DNA of 37,142 nt, taken from NCBI GenBank assembly GCA_017999015.1, contig JAGOBZ010000001.1:6769-43910 (forward strand), in the 5' to 3' direction. The DNA is from Kiritimatiellia bacterium. GTDB taxonomy: Bacteria > Verrucomicrobiota > Kiritimatiellia > RFP12 > UBA1067. Shown here piece by piece: positions 1-9,013 of this stretch. The translations under genes were made by a program, and so were the position numbers. The notes beneath the pieces are model-generated. The model saw nothing but the letters and a program-made list of their open reading frames with translations, was not told the DNA's origin and searched no databases. Position 1 is the stretch's first letter. Every line of letters starts with the position of its first letter.

Positions 1-1
1 G

Positions 2-328
2 GAGGCGAACCTTTTCTTCATTATCGGCGGAGATTCACTGCGCGAACTTTCGCATTGGCACAAGATCGGTGAGATGCTGGCGCTGTGTGACGTGATCACG
101 GTTCAGAGGCCGGGGGTCACGCTGGCGTTTGACGAAGCACTGGCACCGTTTCCTGAGGCGGTGCGCGACCGTCTGCGTCGGCACACGGTTCACGGCCGCA
201 CGTGCGAGGTTTCTTCCACGGAGATACGGAGAAGAATTGCCGAAGGGCGCTCAATCCGCTATCTTGTATGTCCTGACGTCGAGGCCTATATCCGCGAGCG
301 CGGCTTATACGCTGTCGGCAAGCGATGA
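2..328 (+). CDS. nadD: nicotinate-nucleotide adenylyltransferase, C-terminal part (5' end lies outside the window)
   Basis: Frame-2 translation from base 2 reads EANLFFIIGGDSLRELSHWHKIGEMLALCDVITVQRPG...VSSTEIRRRIAEGRSIRYLVCPDVEAYIRERGLY. This is NadD-like and includes the SSTxIR motif. rsfS follows 6 nt later, the usual nadD-rsfS pairing. Confidence 0.8.
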   Translation, partial: EANLFFIIGGDSLRELSHWHKIGEMLALCDVITVQRPGVTLAFDEALAPFPEAVRDRLRRHTVHGRTCEVSSTEIRRRIAEGRSIRYLVCPDVEAYIRERGLYAVGKR

Positions 329-334
329 GGAGAT

Positions 335-688
335 ATGGCCATTCAACCTGAACAGATAGCACGAGAAGCGGCTGCGGCACTGGACGCCAAGCAGGCCGAA
401 AATATCCGCATCTACGATGTCCGCGGGGTTTCGAACCTGACCGATGTCACGGTCGTGGCGACCGGCACATCGGGTCCACACCTGAAGGCGCTGATTTCGG
501 AAGTGCAGCGCCGCATGAAGGATCAGGGAACCGCAAGCTACCGGACCTCAGGCACGCCGGACAGCGGCTGGGTGGTGGTGGACTACGTACACGTCGTGGT
601 GCACGTCTTCTCGCAGGAAGCGCGGGAGTATTACGCCATTGAAAAGCTGTGGGCTACAGCCACAGAGATTCCGCTTCCTCAGTTTTAA
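335..688 (+). CDS. rsfS: ribosomal silencing factor RsfS (iojap family)
   Basis: 117 aa. The segment IRIYDVRGVSNLTDVTVVATGTSGPHLKALISEV...GWVVVDYVHVVVHVFSQEAREYYAIEKLW is a typical RsfS/iojap signature. Sits directly downstream of nadD. Confidence 0.85.
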   Translation: MAIQPEQIAREAAAALDAKQAENIRIYDVRGVSNLTDVTVVATGTSGPHLKALISEVQRRMKDQGTASYRTSGTPDSGWVVVDYVHVVVHVFSQEAREYYAIEKLWATATEIPLPQF

Positions 689-1064
689 AGAAATCGTCCT
701 CGTTCAGGCCCTGGATCTCCAGCAACAGGTTGGCAAAGCCGGCTGTGGAGTCGTCAATACGTGCGCCAGCCGCTGCGACCGGTTGCGGGGCCAGGCGGTG
801 TCGCTCGGTGCGCTGGGAAGCAAACCAGTGAGCCGTCCCGCCCAGCAGCAGCGCGAACGACGCCGCAGCCGCCAGTATGCGACGCCGCGGCCACGCCGAC
901 CGCATCCGGAGGGCCGCCGCGCGCCGCGCCTCGTCCCGGATCGCCTGCTCCACCCGCTCTGAAGGACCGCCGAGGCACACGAAGCCTTGCCGGACCCGAG
1001 GAGCGATCTCGGTCAGTTCGCGGTCAATGGCCGCGATCTCGTCAAAAGGTGTCTTCGTCTTCAT
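654..1064 (-). CDS. putative anti-sigma factor (single-pass membrane protein)
   Basis: The ATG at 1064 lies 2 nt after the stop of the upstream ECF sigma gene (the track start at 1070 is a TTG). About 136 aa with a cytoplasmic N-terminus, one hydrophobic segment (ILAAAASFALLLGGTAHWF) and a short C-terminal tail. This is the usual sigma/anti-sigma layout. No recognisable ZAS motif. Confidence 0.5.
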   Translation of the reverse strand: MKTKTPFDEIAAIDRELTEIAPRVRQGFVCLGGPSERVEQAIRDEARRAAALRMRSAWPRRRILAAAASFALLLGGTAHWFASQRTERHRLAPQPVAAAGARIDDSTAGFANLLLEIQGLNEDDFFKTEEAESLWL

Positions 1065-1066
1065 GG

Positions 1067-1648
1067 TCAAGCCTCCTCTGCCAACAGCTTCTTCAGTTTT
1101 CCCATCGCGTCGTGCATGCGTCCCAGCGCGGTGTTCAGCGGGATGCCCAGTGTGGCGGCGATCTCGTTGAAGGGCAAGTCGCCCTGAACGCGCATCAAAA
1201 AAACCTCGCGCTGCACTTCTGGCAGCGTCGCGACAGCCCGCATCACGCGCCGCGTCATGTCGTCCAGTTCCACCTGCCGTGCCGGTCCCGTCCCCGCCGC
1301 TGTCAGGCGCTCGATCAGCGGCTCATCCTCGGTGTCGGCCACCGCGTCCAGACTGATGTCCGGCTTGCGCTTGCGGCGGAAGTCGATCAACAGATTGCGC
1401 GCGATTTTCCACAGCCATGCCCGGAACGACACATCGTTGAAACGCGCCGCATGACGGATCACCCGGAACCAAACCTCCTGGAACAGATCCTCGGCGTCGG
1501 CACGGTTCGCGGTCATGCCCAGCAGCCAGGCAAACAGCGGCTGCCGGTAACGGCCCACAAGCTTGTCCAAGGCCGGTGCGTCGCCCTGCGCGAAGGCTCG
1601 GAGCAACTCGGCGTCGCTGATGTCAGGCTCTGGCATGGTTGTGTTCAT
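1067..1648 (-). CDS. ECF-type RNA polymerase sigma-70 family factor
   Basis: 193 aa. Region 2 resembles ECF sigmas (DAEDLFQEVWFRVIRHAARFN...FRAWLWKIARNLLIDFRRKR). The region 4 HTH is LPEVQREVFLMRVQGDLPFNEIAATLGIPLNTALGRMHDAMGKLKK. ATG start confirmed at 1646-1648. Confidence 0.85.
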   Translation of the reverse strand: MNTTMPEPDISDAELLRAFAQGDAPALDKLVGRYRQPLFAWLLGMTANRADAEDLFQEVWFRVIRHAARFNDVSFRAWLWKIARNLLIDFRRKRKPDISLDAVADTEDEPLIERLTAAGTGPARQVELDDMTRRVMRAVATLPEVQREVFLMRVQGDLPFNEIAATLGIPLNTALGRMHDAMGKLKKLLAEEA

Positions 1649-1770
1649 GTTGCTAAACGATAGTCATTGCTGTTTATTGGCGGAATTCTTATGATTTCGG
1701 CCGGAACGTTCAAGCAGGAAATTGGAATGGGTTAGCCTGCCGCCCGCAGGGCGGGAACAAACGGCGTGAT

Positions 1771-1801
1771 AACTTTCAACTTTCAACGTTCAACTTTCAA
1801 G
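1771..1801 (+). repeat. tandem heptamer array AAC(T/G)TTC x4 followed by AAG
   Basis: Read directly from the sequence: aactttc aactttc aacgttc aactttc aag. A single extra unit, gaacgttcaag, lies at 1704-1714. A near-identical four-unit array is at 33909-33939. Confidence 0.8.
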
Positions 1802-1856
1802 TTATTAGGACGAGTGGCAGAGATGTGCGAAGTTCATGGTGCAGGCGGTGTGGCGT

Positions 1857-2040
1857 GCGGGAGCTTGCTCCCGCTTTCCAAAGCGGCGGCAAGCCGCCGC
1901 GCTCCAAAGTGGTGCGGGCGTTCCGCCTGCAACAACGTGTCGAGCAATAGGTCGAGCGATCATGAAGTCAACGCCAACCCGCGTCTGGTAGGGACGCCTC
2001 GCCGAGGCGTCCGCGGCGGTCTCGGCGAGACCGCCCTACC
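1857..2040. repeat. cluster of GC-rich perfect hairpins (REP-like intergenic repeat cluster)
   Basis: Four hairpins: gcgggagc-tt-gctcccgc (1857-1874), gcggcgg-caag-ccgccgc (1883-1900), ggacgcctcg-c-cgaggcgtcc (1992-2012) and ggcggtctcg-g-cgagaccgcc (2015-2035). The last two are bracketed by complementary GGTAGGG (1987-1993) and CCCTACC (2034-2040). The 22-mer at 1879-1900 recurs with one mismatch at 6624-6645. Confidence 0.75.
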
Positions 2041-2059
2041 GGGGGCGCGTCCGTGTCGA

Positions 2060-3763
2060 GTGCGAACCTTCACCTCGTGGGCGTCTTTACCCTCAACAAC
2101 GTGCCTGATTCTCGCCGGCCTGATGTTTTGGGCGGGCTGCGCGTCATTGCCGCCGGCAGAAAAGGACGGCGGGGCTTCCGAGATCGCCCGTTACCAGGCG
2201 CAGGCAGCCAGCGTGCGCGGGCTGCCGTTGCGGCGTGAGATCTCGATCGAGAAGGAGACGCGCGAACAGATGCGCGCGTCGTTCGAGAAGGAGCTGGCGA
2301 AGAGCGACAACCGCGAGTTTTTGTCGCAGACCGAGCTGCTGTTGCGCCAGTTCCGTCTGCTGCCGCGCGAGACAGCGCTGTCGGCGCTTTTTCTTGAGCT
2401 GATGACTGACCAGGTGGCTGCGTATTACGATCCGGCGAGCAAGCGGCTGGTGGCGGTCAGCGAGCCGCCGCCGCAGGCTTCCGAGGCCCCGCGCCTCAGC
2501 CGTGAGGTGCCAGGCATGGAGCGTTTCGTGTATGTGCACGAATTCTGCCATGCGCTCGAAGATGATCACTTTGATTTGGAGCGCCTGATGCGCGACTCCT
2601 CGCGCGATCTGGACAGCAACCTGGCGCTCACGGCCTTCTCCGAAGGCACCGCCGTGTTGGCCGGCTTGGACGGTCTGCTCGACGGCTACGGGGTGCCGAT
2701 GACCTCGGCCTCGCCCTTTGCGGCCTGGGCGTTGGGCTTGCTCGGACGCGTCGATCTGGAGGAGGCGGCCGAACAGCTCGAAGGAACGCCGCCCTTTTTG
2801 ACGGCCGCGCTGCTGCGCCCGTATCTGGACGGCACCGTCTTCTGCAACCGTCTGCGGCGCGACGCAGGCTGGGGCGCGATCGACCGCGCCTACACCCGGC
2901 GCGTGCCGGCCACCACCGCCGAAATCCTCTATCCGGAGCGCCGCTATCTGACGGGATTCCGCGCCGCTGCGTTCGAGCCCGATCCCGGCCTGCTGCGCGA
3001 GGCCACGCACGGGGTCTCGGTCAACCGCCTGGGTGCGCTCGGCATCGCGCTCTGGCTGAACGGCGACCGCCTCGCCGCGCCTTCGCACCACAGTTTCCTC
3101 AAGGGGTGGATGGGGGACTGCGTCTATTTCCTGAAAGGCGAGCGTCAAGAGGTCCAGACGGTCTGGCTGAGCCTGTGGGAACGCCCGGCCATGGCGCGCG
3201 CCTTCTGTAGCGCGGCCCGGCGCAGGCTGAAGGAGGATTTCGAAGACACGCCGGTTGCGCTGCAGCGCGACGGCGCGCGCGTGACGATCGTCTGGGGGGG
3301 CGCCGACGCGGCGGCCTGCGAGCGGCTGATGTCCTGCGCGCGACGGTCGCGCGTCGACGCGCAGCGCCCAGGCTGGCTGGCCTCGGTCACGCGCGATCTG
3401 CCTCTGCCGTTGCGCCTGCCGCGCTATCCCGCCTTCTCGTCGGGCGTGGAGCTGCTGGGCGGCTGGGCAGCCGAGGCGCACGGCGGCGAAGATTTCTTCC
3501 GCGGCACGCTGGCATGCGGCTTGCTACGGACAGAATGGAATCCCGACCGACACGCGGTGGGCGCCGCATGGGGCTTCGTGTCGCACGCGTCCGACGCGCG
3601 CGCCGATTATACCTGGTGGAAGCTGCCGCTGCTGGCCTCGTGGCACCGCCGCGGCACGGGTGAGACGCGGCGTTACCGCTGGCGCGTGCTTGGAGGTATC
3701 CTGGCGGATGGCGATGAGCGGCGCGTCCGGCTGCTGTTTGTGCCGGTTTGGCGCGACCGTTGA
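2060..3763 (+). CDS. putative secreted or lipoprotein zinc metallopeptidase (HExxH...EGxA, gluzincin-like)
   Basis: The long ORF is open from 1766, but its first ~98 codons translate the hairpin repeats. The in-frame GTG at 2060 gives MRTFTSWASLPSTTCLILAGLMFWAGCAS, a signal peptide with a lipobox-like AGC. Contains VYVHEFCHALEDDHF (HExxH) followed ~30 residues later by AFSEGTAVLAG (candidate third zinc ligand). The start coordinate is uncertain. Confidence 0.55.
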   Translation: MRTFTSWASLPSTTCLILAGLMFWAGCASLPPAEKDGGASEIARYQAQAASVRGLPLRREISIEKETREQMRASFEKELAKSDNREFLSQTELLLRQFRLLPRETALSALFLELMTDQVAAYYDPASKRLVAVSEPPPQASEAPRLSREVPGMERFVYVHEFCHALEDDHFDLERLMRDSSRDLDSNLALTAFSEGTAVLAGLDGLLDGYGVPMTSASPFAAWALGLLGRVDLEEAAEQLEGTPPFLTAALLRPYLDGTVFCNRLRRDAGWGAIDRAYTRRVPATTAEILYPERRYLTGFRAAAFEPDPGLLREATHGVSVNRLGALGIALWLNGDRLAAPSHHSFLKGWMGDCVYFLKGERQEVQTVWLSLWERPAMARAFCSAARRRLKEDFEDTPVALQRDGARVTIVWGGADAAACERLMSCARRSRVDAQRPGWLASVTRDLPLPLRLPRYPAFSSGVELLGGWAAEAHGGEDFFRGTLACGLLRTEWNPDRHAVGAAWGFVSHASDARADYTWWKLPLLASWHRRGTGETRRYRWRVLGGILADGDERRVRLLFVPVWRDR

Positions 3764-3904
3764 GCGACAGCCTTGTCGGAACGGTACTCGCAAAAGCGTC
3801 TGGCGGGCGACAAAATTGTGACGTTTCGATTTTTTTGTGAGCGCACTGGGCGTCAGCGTGATTTTTCGCTACACTCTTGCACGTAGAAAACACAAAGAGG
3901 GTTT

Positions 3905-4810
3905 ATGAAATACGACAAGAACCATGCGTTGCTTGAGAGTGCCATTCCGGGGCTGCCCGCGCCGAAGCGCGGCAAGGTGCGCGATCTGTATGATCTGGGC
4001 GACTGTCTGCTGCTGGTGGCGACCGACCGCATCAGCGCGTTTGACGTGGTGATGCCGAACGGCATCCCGGACAAGGGGCGGATCCTGAACAGCTTGAGCG
4101 TGTTCTGGTTTGGCTTGTTGGACGGCGTGCCGAACCATTTGATCACGGCGGATGTCGAGCGGTATCCGGCTGCGCTCCAAGCGGTGAAGGAGGATTTGCG
4201 CGGCCGATCGATGCTGGTCAAAAAGGTCGCGATTATCCCCTTCGAATGTATTGTGCGCGGTTATCTGACCGGCTCGGGCTGGAAGGAGTACCAGAAGGCC
4301 GGCACGGTCAACGGCCTGCCGTTGCGGCCGGGTTACCAGAACGCGTCCAAGCTCGACACGGTGCTTTTCACGCCTAGCACCAAAGCAGAGCTGGGCGAGC
4401 ATGACATGCCGGTGACCGCCGCCGAGCTGGAGCAGGCGCTGGGGGCGGACAAGGCTCACGCGCTGGCCGAGCGCTCGGTCGGGTGCTACTCGAAAGCGGC
4501 CGACCACGCGGCTGCGTGCGGCATCATCATCGCGGACACCAAGTTTGAGTTCGGCGAGGACGAACAGGGCCGTCTCGTATTGGCGGACGAAGTGCTGACG
4601 CCCGATTCCAGCCGTTTCTGGCCGCGCGAGAGCTATGCGGTGGGGAGCAATCCGCCCAGCCTCGACAAGCAGTTCGTGCGCGACTGGCTGGACAGTGTCG
4701 CCTTCAATCACCAGCCGCCCGCGCCGGTCCTGCCCGACGAGGTGGTCGCCAAGACGCGCGCGAAATATGTCGAGGCCTTCGAAACCTTGACCGGACAGCG
4801 CTTCGTGTAA
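3905..4810 (+). CDS. purC: phosphoribosylaminoimidazole-succinocarboxamide (SAICAR) synthase
   Basis: 301 aa. The N-terminus GKVRDLYDLGDCLLLVATDRISAFDVVMPNGIPDKGRILNSLSVFWF and the segment IIADTKFEFG are classic PurC signatures. An AGAGGG RBS precedes the ATG. Confidence 0.9.
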   Translation: MKYDKNHALLESAIPGLPAPKRGKVRDLYDLGDCLLLVATDRISAFDVVMPNGIPDKGRILNSLSVFWFGLLDGVPNHLITADVERYPAALQAVKEDLRGRSMLVKKVAIIPFECIVRGYLTGSGWKEYQKAGTVNGLPLRPGYQNASKLDTVLFTPSTKAELGEHDMPVTAAELEQALGADKAHALAERSVGCYSKAADHAAACGIIIADTKFEFGEDEQGRLVLADEVLTPDSSRFWPRESYAVGSNPPSLDKQFVRDWLDSVAFNHQPPAPVLPDEVVAKTRAKYVEAFETLTGQRFV

Positions 4811-4825
4811 CGCGACGGGAAACAC

Positions 4826-6367
<1,542 letters not shown>

Positions 6368-6529
6368 TCAGGAGGCCGGCGAGAACTGGTCCTTGCCGAC
6401 GCCGCATTCCGGGCAGCACCAGTCGTCCGGAAGCGCCTCGAACGGCGTGCCGGCCGCGATGCCGTTGTTCGGATCGCCGGTCTCGGGATCATACACATAT
6501 CCGCACACATCGCACACGTATTTCTGCAT
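6368..6529 (-). CDS. rubredoxin (53 aa; below the ORF-track length cut-off)
   Basis: Hand translation of the minus strand from the ATG at 6529 gives [53 protein letters not shown] plus stop. It has both CxxCG knuckles and the YxYD, PGTxFxxLPxDWxCPxCG-type pattern of rubredoxins. A GGA-rich RBS (aaaggattcctct) lies upstream. The stop abuts the stop of the convergent activator gene. Confidence 0.85.
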   Translation of the reverse strand: MQKYVCDVCGYVYDPETGDPNNGIAAGTPFEALPDDWCCPECGVGKDQFSPAS

Positions 6530-6556
6530 AGAGGAATCCTTTCTGAATGATGCTTA

Positions 6557-6585
6557 AGTAAACTCGGTTTGCGGAAAACGGTCAA
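6557..6585 (-). promoter_or_regulatory. candidate sigma-70-type promoter for rubredoxin
   Basis: Minus strand reads TTGACC - 17 nt - TTTACT, about 27 nt upstream of the rubredoxin ATG. Hexamer matches only, with no other support. Confidence 0.25.
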
Positions 6586-6623
6586 CCGTTATTTCAGTGA
6601 CCACGAGAGCTTGAGTCCGTTTT

Positions 6624-6645
6624 CAAAGTGGCGGCAAGCCGCCGC
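6624..6645. repeat. second copy of the dispersed hairpin repeat (caaagYggcggcaagccgccgc)
   Basis: 21 of 22 nt are identical to 1879-1900. Contains the hairpin ggcgg-caag-ccgcc. Lies between the restriction endonuclease 3' end and the rubredoxin promoter region. Confidence 0.7.
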
Positions 6646-6674
6646 ACCACACGCGCATGCGGTGAGACCGCCAA

Positions 6675-7469
6675 TCAGTCCCCTGCGTTGTATCGGTGGA
6701 GGTCGGCGTCCGAAATGGCACTTGCAGGAACCAAGGTGTAGTGCTTCTGATCGATCACGCGCACTTGGTCATCGTTTAGTGTTAGCTCGAACATCGCAAT
6801 GCGGTTGTCGCTGAGCGCATGGACTGAAACCGGACGGCAGATGAGATTGGGGAAACGTTCTCTGCAGAACAAAAGGTCTTGCTCCGTCTGAACGACACCG
6901 TGCTGATCCTTGCCGACTTTCGCCTGCACAGGAACAATGAATTGGCTGCCCCGCCGGTTGAGTCCGACATAAATTTCATCGATTTCGATCTGCCCAATGC
7001 TTTTTACGGTTGTGCGCAGGTGGTTCTGAAGAGAGTGCGCGGTAATACCGAGAAAAAGATCAATCAATCGGTTATACCGCACTTTTGCCAACAGGGCTTG
7101 TTCGTCATCAAAGGCGTTAGCAAGCAGAATTTCAGGTGTCGCGTTGGGCACTTTGATTGCCAACATCGTCTCGTCAGGTTCGATTCGGCTCATGTGCGCC
7201 TGCTTGAAAAGATAGCGTCCCGTGCCGGCACCTTTAATGATCCAAACCATACCCGGTCGGGCTGTCCGCGTGATCGATTCGGGCAGTGCAACCCGATAAC
7301 GGAATGAGTAGAGAACATCGCCTAATTTTTTCGGTAATTTGATGTTCAACTCCGATGCCGTGGCGGCAAGTTCTTCGCGTTCGAAAAGGAATTCGCTCTC
7401 GCCCGGTTTGTAATGCGAGAAGAAAATGCGCTCAATCAGCGCGGCATACCGGTTCAGAGATTTGCCCAT
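6675..7469 (-). CDS. putative type II restriction endonuclease (PD-(D/E)xK-like), partner of the adjacent C5 methyltransferase
   Basis: 264 aa ORF starting 14 nt downstream of the methyltransferase stop on the same strand. Shares the same reduced G+C (~47% in sampled lines). Contains IEIDEIYVGLNRRGSQFIVPVQAKVGKD, a D-x(n)-(E/Q)xK-like catalytic pattern. I cannot name the family by eye. Confidence 0.5.
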   Translation of the reverse strand: MGKSLNRYAALIERIFFSHYKPGESEFLFEREELAATASELNIKLPKKLGDVLYSFRYRVALPESITRTARPGMVWIIKGAGTGRYLFKQAHMSRIEPDETMLAIKVPNATPEILLANAFDDEQALLAKVRYNRLIDLFLGITAHSLQNHLRTTVKSIGQIEIDEIYVGLNRRGSQFIVPVQAKVGKDQHGVVQTEQDLLFCRERFPNLICRPVSVHALSDNRIAMFELTLNDDQVRVIDQKHYTLVPASAISDADLHRYNAGD

Positions 7470-7483
7470 GAGAGAACGATCTC

Positions 7484-9013
7484 CTATTTTCGTGTTCTTT
7501 GCCCGATTACCGAAGCAGGCACACCAAAGTGATCGGCAGCCTGACGCATGTTAAGGTTTAACAGTACGCCGTCACCCGGCGTGATCGCGACGTTCGGCTT
7601 TGACGGCTCAATCCCGAGAGCCTCGATGATTTTCCCAGCTATGGCATGTCCGAGAAGCGGCGGGACACTGTTTCCTATCTGGCGGAAACCGTGCCATTTG
7701 GTCACATGAAACCGGAACCAATCGGGATACGAGTGCAGGCGGGCAGCCTCGCGTACCGTAATGACACGCGGCCTCGTAGGATGGATCGGTCGCGGAGACG
7801 TAAATGCGCCACGCGCGCTGTCGGTGCCTGCACGGAGCGTGTTACACTGACCGGACAGCGACAACTTGAAGAACCGGCTGACCGGCTCCGTCGTGCCAGC
7901 GACCGCGTCGATAAAACGGGCCTTCGATTCCTTTGTGTGAACCGTCCGTAAACTGCACGTCAGCATGCCACGGTCGAACATTCGGGGATAGCTGAAATCG
8001 CCCAGATCGTCCATCAGCCCCCGCAACTTCTTGGCATAGTCTGTCTTTGTTTCCCATGTGACGTTTACGGCATCCGAATCCAATAACGCTTTGAAACGGT
8101 CAGCATCCGGCAAGTCCCCGATTGCTTCCGCTACGGTCACCTTGTCTGCTTGTGGTACCGGGTAGACAGGCGGCGGCTGGCCGCTACGATAGGCCATCAG
8201 AAAGAGACGGAAACGGTTCTGGGGCACACCATAGTCGGCGGCATTCAACACGCGGTAAGGTAAAACGACATGATACCCCGCGTTTTCCAATGCAGCGATC
8301 AACTCTTTAAGAAACTGCACATGCCTGCCAATGGTCAACCCTTTTACATTCTCGAAAACACAGTATTTCGGACGTAGTTCCGTAACCAGTCTGACGAAGT
8401 GCGAAACCAGCTTGTTCCGAGGGTCGTCCAGAGCCCTTTTCCCAATCATCGAGAAACCCTGACAGGGTGCGCCGCCGAACACCACGTCAATGTCGCGGTC
8501 GCCGATGTCGCAACGGCGGCGAATCGCGGATCCCGTCAAGGCCGTGACGCTCTCGCATATCGAGGCTGCATACGGAAAGTTGTACTCATGTGTCGCACAG
8601 TGGATCGGATCGATTTCAACACATGCGGCAATGTCAAACCCCGCCCCTTCAAATCCCAAGGAAAGACCGCCGGCTCCGGCGAACAGGTCAATCCCGATAG
8701 GGCGTCCGTTCACAACAGGTGAATACTTCCGTTCGCACGGCGGTAATGCAGTCGGCAAGTCTTGGCCAACCGGCCAAAACATGAACTGTCCCTGAACCAA
8801 CAAATTGGGATGCGTGTCGGAGGACAGCAGTTGGAACCCAGCCTTCTCGAACTCAGCGTGATACGTTAAGACATCTTCGCGGATGTGCTGAGGAAGATCA
8901 TTCGCCGAAAGCACACAACCATGATGGGTTTGAGCAAAATCCGACAGGTTTTTTTGGCGCGATTGAACGCGTTTCTTATTCTGCGAATACGTTGTGGGCT
9001 GCCTCTTAGTCAT
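7484..9013 (-). CDS. DNA (cytosine-5)-methyltransferase
   Basis: All canonical C5-MTase motifs occur in order: I IDLFAGAGGLSLGF, IV GGAPCQGFS, VI FENVKGL, VIII QNRFRLFLMA, IX RVITVREAARLHSYPDWFRF, X QIGNSVPPLL. The track ORF begins at a TTG (9052); the first ATG is at 9013 (MTKRQPTTYS...), so the start is uncertain. There is an N-terminal extension of ~100 aa before motif I. Confidence 0.9.
   Translation of the reverse strand: MTKRQPTTYSQNKKRVQSRQKNLSDFAQTHHGCVLSANDLPQHIREDVLTYHAEFEKAGFQLLSSDTHPNLLVQGQFMFWPVGQDLPTALPPCERKYSPVVNGRPIGIDLFAGAGGLSLGFEGAGFDIAACVEIDPIHCATHEYNFPYAASICESVTALTGSAIRRRCDIGDRDIDVVFGGAPCQGFSMIGKRALDDPRNKLVSHFVRLVTELRPKYCVFENVKGLTIGRHVQFLKELIAALENAGYHVVLPYRVLNAADYGVPQNRFRLFLMAYRSGQPPPVYPVPQADKVTVAEAIGDLPDADRFKALLDSDAVNVTWETKTDYAKKLRGLMDDLGDFSYPRMFDRGMLTCSLRTVHTKESKARFIDAVAGTTEPVSRFFKLSLSGQCNTLRAGTDSARGAFTSPRPIHPTRPRVITVREAARLHSYPDWFRFHVTKWHGFRQIGNSVPPLLGHAIAGKIIEALGIEPSKPNVAITPGDGVLLNLNMRQAADHFGVPASVIGQRTRK

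Noticed and set aside
761-1663. 300-aa plus-strand ORF over the sigma/anti-sigma genes
   Set aside because: It is antisense to a well-supported ECF sigma gene. The translation is Pro/Arg/Ala-rich with no domain signature.
1813-1830. TGGCAGAGATGTGC as a sigma-54 promoter
   Set aside because: The GG to GC spacing is 9 nt, one short of the consensus geometry.
1771-2040. CRISPR array
   Set aside because: The repeats are 7-bp tandem units or individual hairpins without regularly spaced unique spacers. No 25-40 bp repeat/spacer periodicity occurs anywhere in the window, and there are no cas genes.
1766-2059. N-terminal ~98 codons of the 665-aa ORF (including a possible ATG at 1823)
   Set aside because: This segment translates the heptamer array and the GC hairpin repeats (LPLSKAAASRRAPK, GTPRRGVRGGLGETALPG). 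It would place about 80-100 residues in front of a signal peptide that needs to be N-terminal. The GTG at 2060 is preferred, though the ATG at 1823 cannot be strictly excluded.
2144-3481. 445-aa minus-strand ORF antisense to the HExxH peptidase gene
   Set aside because: Arg/Ala/Gln-rich composition and no motifs. The sense frame has a signal peptide and metalloprotease motifs. This is a high-GC antisense artefact.
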